64,000 nucleotides of DNA from an uncultured Kiritimatiellota bacterium. Its GTDB lineage: Bacteria; Verrucomicrobiota; Kiritimatiellia; RFP12; UBA1067. A program made the position numbers and the translations under genes. The stretch is taken from contig CAKTYZ010000003.1 of the NCBI GenBank assembly GCA_934635225.1, positions 3,312 to 67,311 on the forward strand. Direction: 5' to 3'. This document shows positions 41,681 through 48,772 of the stretch, one piece after another. Below the pieces are notes generated by a model. That model searched no databases and was not told the origin of the DNA. It was given only the letters and a program-made list of their open reading frames with translations. Positions within the stretch are counted from its first letter, which is position 1, and every line of letters begins with the position of its first letter.

Positions 41681-41805
41681 GAAGCCCCCTCCATTACCGG
41701 TGGGGGTCTTCCGGCAAGCCGCGCTTAAAGGAGAATGATATGACGGTGATGGTCATATGGAATTCACTTCGGCAAGCTGCATATTTACGACGTCGGAAAT
41801 CTTGT

Positions 41806-42711
41806 TCACCTATGGCTCTCCGATTCAGGCGGCTTATCATCGTCAGTCTCGTAGTAGTATGAATAATCAATGCCTTTCATGAACATCTCCCGATCGGCGA
41901 TTTTACTGGTTAGGGCGGGTCGGAGGAGTTGCTTGAGTGGCTTGCTGTCCGAGACGCTTGTTCGCATTGCGGAAAGGTATGTCTTCTTGTCCACCTTGCT
42001 CCAGTCGATGCATCGCTTGAGAGAGCGTTTCAGCATAAGGTCGAGCCAGATGCGCGTGGCGCGTCCATTCCCCTCCATGAACGGGTGCGCTACGTTCATT
42101 TCAACATACTTGTCGATTATCTCTTCGAACGCGTTTTCGGGCATGGCCTCAATTGTCGCGAGCGTTGTCGGGAAGTGCATACAGTTGGCGAATGTGAAGC
42201 CGCCCTTGGAAATGTTCTTCGTCCTGACCTGTCCTGCGAAGTCGTATAGACCGCCGAAGATGTATCCATGAATCTGCCGCAGGCACTTCACGCTTCCCGG
42301 TTCAAGGCTGGACAAGAGATCGCTCTCGAAAAGCGCATACGCCTTATGGCGCGATTTACCGTCAATGGTGTTGTCGGAGTAGAGGAACCAGTCGAGAAAT
42401 GCCGTTGCCCGTTCATTTGGGATTTTCTTTGCAAGCGCGACAACGCCGTCTGCATCCACGACGTCGGAAAGATAGGACTTGCCGTCCGCCGCTTTCAGCT
42501 TCAGTTGGGTAGTGGCGCTAACCAGCTCGTCGTCCGTCCGTTTCAGCTTCGCCTTGAGGAATTTCCAGTAGTTTCGTGCTTTGGCATATTCAGGTTCATT
42601 GTTGATGGCGGCAATGACATCAAGAACAGAGAACCGCCACTTTGCGGCGGCATCATCCCAGATCGCCCGCACCTCGCGGTCATTGTAGAAACGGATGGAA
42701 GATTTATGCAT
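41806..42711 (-). CDS. Fic/Doc family protein with an N-terminal Bro-N/KilA-N-like domain
   Basis: Fic motif HPFMEGNGRATRIWLDLMLKR. The N-terminus IRFYNDREVRAIWDDAAAKWRFSVLDVIAAI is Bro-N-like. There is an AGGAG RBS, and the ATG shares one nt with the ASCH gene's TGA (TGATG). Confidence 0.8.
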   Translation of the reverse strand: MHKSSIRFYNDREVRAIWDDAAAKWRFSVLDVIAAINNEPEYAKARNYWKFLKAKLKRTDDELVSATTQLKLKAADGKSYLSDVVDADGVVALAKKIPNERATAFLDWFLYSDNTIDGKSRHKAYALFESDLLSSLEPGSVKCLRQIHGYIFGGLYDFAGQVRTKNISKGGFTFANCMHFPTTLATIEAMPENAFEEIIDKYVEMNVAHPFMEGNGRATRIWLDLMLKRSLKRCIDWSKVDKKTYLSAMRTSVSDSKPLKQLLRPALTSKIADREMFMKGIDYSYYYETDDDKPPESESHR

Positions 42712-43202
42712 CAGTCAGCTCCTAATTGCGCATTTACTGCACCAGAAACATCTTCCGGCAGCCGCCACATTCCGACATTGCCGCGACAGGGAATGGGAGC
42801 AGGCAACTTGCGAATGTTCGAGAGTAGCCACCAGTAGCGGTAGCCTTCATTCCAAAACTGCGCCTGAACCCGCCAAGGTTCTTCTTCGGGTTCTGCATCT
42901 ATCGCCTGGTAGTCCATCACCGCGACGATGTGGCCCGGCCAACAGCTCGCCTCTTCCCATGTCGGGACGATGGCATCCACCCTGTCGCCGTTTAATCGCC
43001 GCAACCACGCTTTGATGCCGTCATACTCGGCGCGGCAGAACCTCTTGGAAACGCCCATCGCGCAACGCCCCCGCGCCGGAACGGGCATGCAGCTACGGTT
43101 CTCCACACGCTTCAGTCCCGACATGATCAGGACGGCGTATGCCCCGGTGCAGGTAAAGGCGTTGACGATTGGCATAAGTTCAATTAAGAAGATACCCTGC
43201 AA
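42711..43202 (-). CDS. ASCH-domain protein (full length, 163 aa), translationally coupled to the downstream Fic gene
   Basis: The GLKRVENR segment fits the ASCH GxKxxExR motif, and the protein has the expected ~110-aa beta-barrel length plus an extension. Confidence 0.6.
   Translation of the reverse strand: MQGIFLIELMPIVNAFTCTGAYAVLIMSGLKRVENRSCMPVPARGRCAMGVSKRFCRAEYDGIKAWLRRLNGDRVDAIVPTWEEASCWPGHIVAVMDYQAIDAEPEEEPWRVQAQFWNEGYRYWWLLSNIRKLPAPIPCRGNVGMWRLPEDVSGAVNAQLGAD
43033..43161. repeat. 129-bp direct repeat, copy B (inside the 5' part of the ASCH gene)
   Basis: Read directly from the sequence; matches 39118-39246. Confidence 0.9.
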
Positions 43203-43235
43203 TGATTGGAAGAGCCGATAGGCACTCGCGGATGA

Positions 43236-43664
43236 TCAAATGAGAGACAATTCTACCATGGACACAAAGCCTGTGTTTCCAGCACAATCAGATGTGCCAA
43301 GGATTAAATGATCGATAAGCGGTACGCCCATAAGGTCTGCCGCCTCGCGCAGTTTCGTTGTCGCCGCGATGTCCGCCTTGCTGGGCGTGAGGTCGCCCGA
43401 GGGATGGTTGTGCGCGACGATGATTTCCTCCGCGCCGGCTTTCAGCGCCTCGCGGAAGATTGCGCCCGCGTCAATTGTTGCCGTGCCGTCCTTGTGCCCG
43501 ACGGAAACAAGAATCGGCTTGGCAAGTGCCTTGCCGTTGCCGTCCAGCGGCAGGACGAACACACGCTCCTCCTTCTGCTCCTTCGGCAACGCGGCGCGGA
43601 ACATCGCGTCAGCGTCAGCGGGGGTTTCGACGCAGCACTTTTCTAACAAACCTTTATGCCTCAT
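43236..43664 (-). CDS. RadC-like JAB/MPN domain protein
   Basis: ...EIIVAHNHPSGDLTPSKADIAATTKLREAADLMGVPLIDHLILG is the JAMM motif. The start was set at the internal Met (MRHKGLL) because the long ORF overlaps the upstream gene. Confidence 0.75.
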   Translation of the reverse strand: MRHKGLLEKCCVETPADADAMFRAALPKEQKEERVFVLPLDGNGKALAKPILVSVGHKDGTATIDAGAIFREALKAGAEEIIVAHNHPSGDLTPSKADIAATTKLREAADLMGVPLIDHLILGTSDCAGNTGFVSMVELSLI

Positions 43665-43977
43665 AGTGAAACACCTGGTAATTCTCGACATTGCGTTTGT
43701 TGATTGTGAAGCAATCATGTTTTTGTAAAAACTTGGCGATGTCTGCTTCGCATGGAAAAGCATGATGTTCAAGATAGAACGACCTGAAGTCTTGCTTCAG
43801 CAACTTAGCAAGAGTCATTTCAAACTCACCTTTCCAGGACAAACCCATTTTTGCCAAATCAACAACAAACTCGATTTCTCGACTAGTTCCTGAGGCTTCA
43901 AGACATGCAAATACACGAATAGTGTCCTTGCTACCGCGTACTTTTTGCACATCCCCTATGACTGCATCGGTTATCAT
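43654..43977 (-). CDS. Hypothetical 107-aa protein, overlapping and co-oriented with the RadC-like gene
   Basis: The ORF overlaps the radC-like start by 11 nt; low GC; no recognisable motif. Confidence 0.4.
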   Translation of the reverse strand: MITDAVIGDVQKVRGSKDTIRVFACLEASGTSREIEFVVDLAKMGLSWKGEFEMTLAKLLKQDFRSFYLEHHAFPCEADIAKFLQKHDCFTINKRNVENYQVFHYEA

Positions 43978-43986
43978 TGTTTTTCT

Positions 43987-45027
43987 CTAGGGTCTTGAAA
44001 AATCCATGACATAGTTCTCGTCGTCTAGTTTATAGAACTTTACTTCCGTTCGGCCATATCTTTTCAAGTCGGAAACAGAAATATATGCGCCATTCGGCAA
44101 CCCCAACCTTTGGCGAAAATAGCGGCCAATCTCAGAATTGTCCTGTGGTGTTTCTATACCTTTACCATTAGCCTGAGCACGAACACAGGTAAAGATTCTG
44201 TCATCGTCAGTAAGGACAGTGAAGCGATGCTTGACATCTGGAAAAAAACCTGAGCGTTGAAGCGACGCCGGAAGTCCAATGTACGACTGGTTAGGGTCGC
44301 GTTTGCTTACCGACCCATTTCCATTCGTCGATGTCCTCGGCTTCCCATCAGGGCGGACTCCCCAATTTAAGCGCGACCCGTTGCCAGCGTCTCCCTTGGT
44401 TGTGAGCAACGACAAAACAACCATTTCGTGATTGTAGAACGGCGAAGTTTTATCCGTTTCTATCTTAACAGCTTCAGAGGATTTGGCTATTAGCGATGTA
44501 GCATGAGATTTTGTTGAGAAATCCTTATCTCTATTTGCCTTGTCGCATAAGATGGTCTTTTTCTTTACCTCCTCAAAGAAATCAAATGCCGTTGAAGGAT
44601 CGCATTCAGCAAGCGTCTCTCTCCGACTTGGAAGATGGAAGCCTGATTCTGAGTAGTTGGCAGAACCGATGAATGCCTGTACGGGCTTGTCGCCTTTGCA
44701 CCAAACATACACCTTAGAATGCACTGACGACGGCTTTCTCACATACGAACAAGTGAAGTCGCCATTGTATGCGAACTCCTTATGTTGTTCAAGAGAGATA
44801 AAGCCAAGATGGTTTATTTTGCTAACACCATCAGAACCCGCCATGCCATATATCAAATCAACAGATAGACTCTTCTTCCGAGATGTGCTTTCTATCAAAT
44901 GCCGCGCCGCCATCGCATGAGTAGCGTAACCTGAAACAATCTTGATTGAATTGGGTGCATCGCTTCTGAAGAGCGGCTTGATAAGCGCATACTCAAAAAG
45001 TTCATCGTCAACTACAGTTCCAAACAT
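43987..45027 (-). CDS. PLD-family (HxK...GSxN) nuclease, a likely Type II restriction endonuclease of the NgoFVII/BfiI type
   Basis: The HSKVYVW...IGSANYSESGF motif is present. The gene lies 29 nt downstream of a C5-MTase gene and is very low GC. Confidence 0.6.
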   Translation of the reverse strand: MFGTVVDDELFEYALIKPLFRSDAPNSIKIVSGYATHAMAARHLIESTSRKKSLSVDLIYGMAGSDGVSKINHLGFISLEQHKEFAYNGDFTCSYVRKPSSVHSKVYVWCKGDKPVQAFIGSANYSESGFHLPSRRETLAECDPSTAFDFFEEVKKKTILCDKANRDKDFSTKSHATSLIAKSSEAVKIETDKTSPFYNHEMVVLSLLTTKGDAGNGSRLNWGVRPDGKPRTSTNGNGSVSKRDPNQSYIGLPASLQRSGFFPDVKHRFTVLTDDDRIFTCVRAQANGKGIETPQDNSEIGRYFRQRLGLPNGAYISVSDLKRYGRTEVKFYKLDDENYVMDFSRP

Positions 45028-45056
45028 AGGCCTCCTTCGCGGATTGTCATCTGCTT

Positions 45057-46793
45057 CTATTTTAAGACTCCTTCGTCAGAAATGTTACACTCAACATGTT
45101 CATAGGCAATGCCCGCAAGAGTACGAAGCAATGCCTCAAAGATGATTTGCGCACCTCTAGGAGGCACTGCCATACCTATTTGTTTCCGCACACTTTCTTT
45201 ACTGCCTGTAAAGAGATAGTCATCAGGGAATGTCTGCAACCGTGCTCGTTCGCGATTTGTTAGCGCACGCGGCTCTGCGTAATGGTAGATATGAGTACCG
45301 CCACCGCCTGATCCAGTAACTGTATAAGCAGGCTTATCTGGATCGAGGCGCTTATAAATTTGGCTGATTTTAGCGCCTTTTACATTAAGTTGAAGGTGAG
45401 GCGGCAGATTTGCCGTGAATGCGTTTTCTCCAGGCCGTATATACTGCAAGCGTTCTACGACAACGGAACTTTGCGCCGTTCGCGTATTGTTAGGAGCATT
45501 TGGAGGTATGGGAGGATTCTCCAATGCGGCTCTCGCAGAATTGTCCCTCGGCATGATTGAGACTGGGCTGGGCGGAAAGAACGCAAAAGGCAAGTCTTCC
45601 CTTATGCCGATTATGATTATCCTGTGGCGCGTTTGCGGCACGCCGTAATCCTCAAACTTGTAAAGATGAGGATAGATGCGATACCCCGCCTCCTTCATGC
45701 TCGAAAGAATCTTTTTGAGTGCCGCGCCTTCGTTTGCGCTGGCAAGACCACCTACATTCTCGGCAAAGAACCAAAGCGGATTGAACTTGCGAAGCACGGC
45801 AACGCCATATTGATATAATGGGCCGTAGTTTCCGTCAATACCTTTATGTTCGCCTACGACCGAAAAATCATTACACGGGAAACCAAAGGCGAAACCGTCT
45901 ATGCTCGTCAGACGCTTGTCATCCAAGTCTATCTTGCGCACATCATCGCATATAACAGAAGCAGGAGAATCTGGACAGATGTTCTCCGCATAAGTCTTGC
46001 AGGTCTGTTGGTCGTAGTCATTCGACCATGCATGAACAATCTTAAAGTTCTGATTCTCGATCGTCGCATTAAGCGCACCACACGCAAGGCCGCCTGGTCC
46101 GCAAAAGAACTCCCCCATACGATATGGTTGACCATTGGGCGTGCCGGGCATTAAGGCATGGTTGTATTCTGCACGACACTCGTTATCAACATAGTCTATT
46201 GGTTCCGTTCTTGGCACATGGTGTTGTTCTGGGTACATCATTGACAGAAAAGTAAACTGATACGCCGCCTCGCACACGCGCAGCTGTTCGGGGCGCAGTT
46301 TCGTGACGACTTCCGGCAGACGTTTCGCGAGGTCGGGGTCGGCGCGGTCAGGCGACTCGAGGTACGCCTTGAGCTGCTTGCGCACTTTGGGCGCGGTCGC
46401 GAAGTCCGCCGTGCGGACGATGACGCGCGCCGCGTCTTCCGGCGGCGTCAACTTGTGCTGATACTTGAGCTTCGTCTTGAAGAGCAGGTACTTCTCGCCG
46501 TGCGCCCTGCCCTTCGCAGGGTAGCCGTAGTCGCGCACCAGCTCTTCGCGGGTCTTGACGCCGACGAACTCCGCCTTGTACGTCCTCTGCTCCTTCGAGC
46601 CCTTGAAGAGCCACAGCTCCGCGATCGACGCGGCGTCGGCCTCGGCGATCTTGTCGTCGTCCGAAATGGGGTAGTTGTACCAGCCGCGCCACTTCGCCAG
46701 CTGGTCGCCCTTGTAGGTGCCGACGAGGACAACCCTGCCGCGCTGTCCGTCATCCGTCGTCCCTTGCGTTTTCTTCTGCTTTCTCGTTGCCAC
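45057..46793 (-). CDS. DNA (cytosine-5)-methyltransferase with a ~184-aa N-terminal extension of different base composition
   Basis: Motif I FFCGPGGLACG, motif IV GFPCNDFS and an ENV motif. The ORF begins with GTG. GC switches abruptly from ~65% to ~45% at ~46240, where an in-frame MMYPEQ could be the true MTase start. Confidence 0.8.
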   Translation of the reverse strand: MATRKQKKTQGTTDDGQRGRVVLVGTYKGDQLAKWRGWYNYPISDDDKIAEADAASIAELWLFKGSKEQRTYKAEFVGVKTREELVRDYGYPAKGRAHGEKYLLFKTKLKYQHKLTPPEDAARVIVRTADFATAPKVRKQLKAYLESPDRADPDLAKRLPEVVTKLRPEQLRVCEAAYQFTFLSMMYPEQHHVPRTEPIDYVDNECRAEYNHALMPGTPNGQPYRMGEFFCGPGGLACGALNATIENQNFKIVHAWSNDYDQQTCKTYAENICPDSPASVICDDVRKIDLDDKRLTSIDGFAFGFPCNDFSVVGEHKGIDGNYGPLYQYGVAVLRKFNPLWFFAENVGGLASANEGAALKKILSSMKEAGYRIYPHLYKFEDYGVPQTRHRIIIIGIREDLPFAFFPPSPVSIMPRDNSARAALENPPIPPNAPNNTRTAQSSVVVERLQYIRPGENAFTANLPPHLQLNVKGAKISQIYKRLDPDKPAYTVTGSGGGGTHIYHYAEPRALTNRERARLQTFPDDYLFTGSKESVRKQIGMAVPPRGAQIIFEALLRTLAGIAYEHVECNISDEGVLK

Positions 46794-46815
46794 TTTCTCC
46801 GTCTCCCTGAATCGC

Positions 46816-47415
46816 TCAACTTGCGCGGCCCTGCCGCTTCGACTTGCGCCTTCGCGCCCCGCCCTTCGTCCGCGTCCCGTCAGGCCGACGCGCGAACTCC
46901 GCGCATTCCGCGTCGGTCAGAAGCCCCTTCCCGTTGGCCACATGGGCGGCGTCGCGCAGGCGGGCGGGCCCAATCGCGCCATCGGCTCTCGCCGTCCGCA
47001 TCGCCTCGACGAGCCGCTGGCACTTTATGCCCTCGAAGCCCTCGTATTCGACGACTTCACATGGCCGGTTGCAAGCGAGCCGACAGTACTTGGGAAGCCT
47101 GCGCCTCACCCGCCTCGGCGTCCCCAAGTAGACGAACGGCGGACTCGCCGGCGTCAGGCCGAGCATCTGCACGACCGAAGCGCCGCGCAGATACGCGCCC
47201 TCCCCCGCAACGGCGACAGACGCGGCGTAGCGGTCGTTCCGGCCAACCACATGGTGCTTGACCTGGTAAACGCCGTGCCCGAGACGCATCAGGCGACCGC
47301 TGCGCTCCATGGCGACAAGACATTGGCGTGAAACGCCAAGACCCTTCGCTTTCGCGGAGGTGATGATGCCGTAGTTGCCTTCGGCAACGCCCCAAAGTAC
47401 GTCGTATGCGCTCAT
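46816..47415 (-). CDS. AbiEi-like antitoxin N-terminal domain protein (winged-HTH transcription-regulator fold)
   Basis: ...GIITSAKAKGLGVSRQCLVAMERSGRLMRLGHGVYQV fits the AbiEi_4 N-terminal pattern. The start was set at MSAYD, which has a TATAAT box ~13 nt upstream. There is no adjacent AbiEii-type nucleotidyltransferase. Confidence 0.5.
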   Translation of the reverse strand: MSAYDVLWGVAEGNYGIITSAKAKGLGVSRQCLVAMERSGRLMRLGHGVYQVKHHVVGRNDRYAASVAVAGEGAYLRGASVVQMLGLTPASPPFVYLGTPRRVRRRLPKYCRLACNRPCEVVEYEGFEGIKCQRLVEAMRTARADGAIGPARLRDAAHVANGKGLLTDAECAEFARRPDGTRTKGGARRRKSKRQGRAS

Positions 47416-47426
47416 GACAGTGCCGT

Positions 47427-47432
47427 GCATTA
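47427..47432 (-). promoter_or_regulatory. Perfect TATAAT -10 box immediately upstream of the AbiEi-like start
   Basis: The minus strand reads catggTATAATgcacggcactgtcATGagc. Coordinates are +/-2. Confidence 0.35.
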
Positions 47433-47683
47433 TACCATGAGCAGGGCCTGAAAGGCAATGGCGGACGGGCATGGGATTCCGCCGCCGCGCCCGAACGGAC
47501 GCGGAGGCGGAATCGATCAGAGCGTGATCCCGACGCCGGAACCCAAGATGGAGCAGCCTCCCGACAGCGACACGACGCTGCCGCCGAGAACCGCGAGCAG
47601 GACGGGCCTGAGCGCGTCCCACAGCATCTTCGCGAGCCGATCCCAATTTATCATCTTCCGTTTCATTTTCCTCGCACCTTCCC

Positions 47684-48415
47684 TTACGCCTCGACGAGCT
47701 TGGCGGTCTTCGTGAGGAGGCGTTCCGCGCCGCCCTCGCCGCCGTGCAGTCTGAACGAGAACGTCAGCGTCGTGCCGACGGGCACTTCTGCGAGGCCTTC
47801 GGGCCAGTCGAAGCGCAAGTAGGTCGCGCTCTGCTCGACCGGGATGATCTCCAGCGTCTTCGCTTGTGCGCTTTCGTCCTGCCCCTCGAACCACTTGACC
47901 GTCACCGCGTCGCCCCAATCCACGCTGAACGCGAGATTCGCGCCATTCGCGACGATGGTCGCCGCCTTCAAGACCTCGCCGGCGTTCCCGTTGGGCGAGG
48001 CAAGGCTCGTCACGCGCGGGATTGCCGCGTCCGCGCCGTCCGCGTTGACGAACATGCCGTCGATGGTCTTCTCCGCGTCGCTCAGAAGCTGTGCGCGGAC
48101 GTAGGCCTTGCACGTTTTGTTCCATGGGCCCGTGGGCGAGTCAAGGTTGCCCTTGGCGAAGCGGTTCCACTTGATGAGGCGGGTGATGGCGCGCGGCCGC
48201 CCGTCCTGGGCGACTTTCTTCGCGGCGACCTCGCCAAGCATCTCCACGCCGTGGAGGAGCTCCTCGGCGCTCATCGCGAGCCGCTTTTCGACGACGACTT
48301 CCTTGCAGAAGTCGAGGTCCGCGACCATCGGCTGGTTCTCCAGCAGCGGGCGGTGTCCCGTATAGTCGCCGACCTTGTAGGGCACGGCGGTGAACTTGAT
48401 TGTGGGCTTTGCCAT
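47684..48415 (-). CDS. Putative HU-HIG-like DNA-binding protein with a C-terminal beta-sandwich domain (hypothetical)
   Basis: The N-terminus MAKPTIKFTAVPYKVGDYTGH...DLDFCKEVVVEKRLAMSAEELLHGVEML resembles mobile-element HU-like proteins. High GC; the start was set at the internal Met. Confidence 0.3.
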   Translation of the reverse strand: MAKPTIKFTAVPYKVGDYTGHRPLLENQPMVADLDFCKEVVVEKRLAMSAEELLHGVEMLGEVAAKKVAQDGRPRAITRLIKWNRFAKGNLDSPTGPWNKTCKAYVRAQLLSDAEKTIDGMFVNADGADAAIPRVTSLASPNGNAGEVLKAATIVANGANLAFSVDWGDAVTVKWFEGQDESAQAKTLEIIPVEQSATYLRFDWPEGLAEVPVGTTLTFSFRLHGGEGGAERLLTKTAKLVEA

Positions 48416-48491
48416 GTTGCGTTTTCCTTTCCTGTCTGTCGTCTTTTTTTCCTTTGGTTTCCTGTCCGCCGCGAATCGGCGTGAAGCCGTG

Positions 48492-48553
48492 TTGTCCATG
48501 CGCATCCGAGGGGGCGTTCCATGCGCATGGACAACCCCTGCCGATGCGCATGG
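48492..48553. promoter_or_regulatory. Three CCATGCGCATGG palindromic boxes, including a perfect 14-bp inverted repeat TTGTCCATGCGCAT-N15-ATGCGCATGGACAA, lying 80-140 nt upstream of the HU-like gene
   Basis: Read directly from the sequence; CATGCGCATG is itself palindromic. Confidence 0.6.
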
Positions 48554-48772
48554 CGCGTTGCCGCGCCTCTTGAGCGTCGCCTGAACCGTTTCTTCTTGAT
48601 CGCCGTCGGGCTTGACGAGGTGCCGCGACGCCCCTTGGCAATCGGCGCTCGGCTGTCTTGCGTTGGTTTTCGCCCTGCCGCAGGACGTCGCAACCCCTCT
48701 ATGTCTCCATGTGCAGCGGAGGAGCGCACGTTCGTCCGTCCGTCGGGCCTGACGCGCGCGATCCGCCTTGTT

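Noticed and set aside
39893-42740. Recurrence of GCGCATTTACTG at ~39893 and ~42726, and the TTACTGTGAC triple repeat at ~39600-39640
   Set aside because: All lie inside coding sequence, encoding ...GTVNAL..., ...GAVNAQL... and VTVTSTVNVTV. This is most simply a chance or low-complexity coding similarity and not a regulatory site, though the third case is worth checking as a hypervariable coding repeat.
39247-46240. Calling the island an intact prophage, ICE or IS element
   Set aside because: No integrase, transposase, relaxase, terminase or capsid genes, and no terminal inverted repeats, were found in any frame. The only structural mark is the internal 129-bp direct repeat.
48481-48560. Reciprocal small ORFs beginning MRMDN... 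on both strands at 48.5 kb
   Set aside because: They are a by-product of translating the CATGCGCATGG palindromes in both directions and are not genes.
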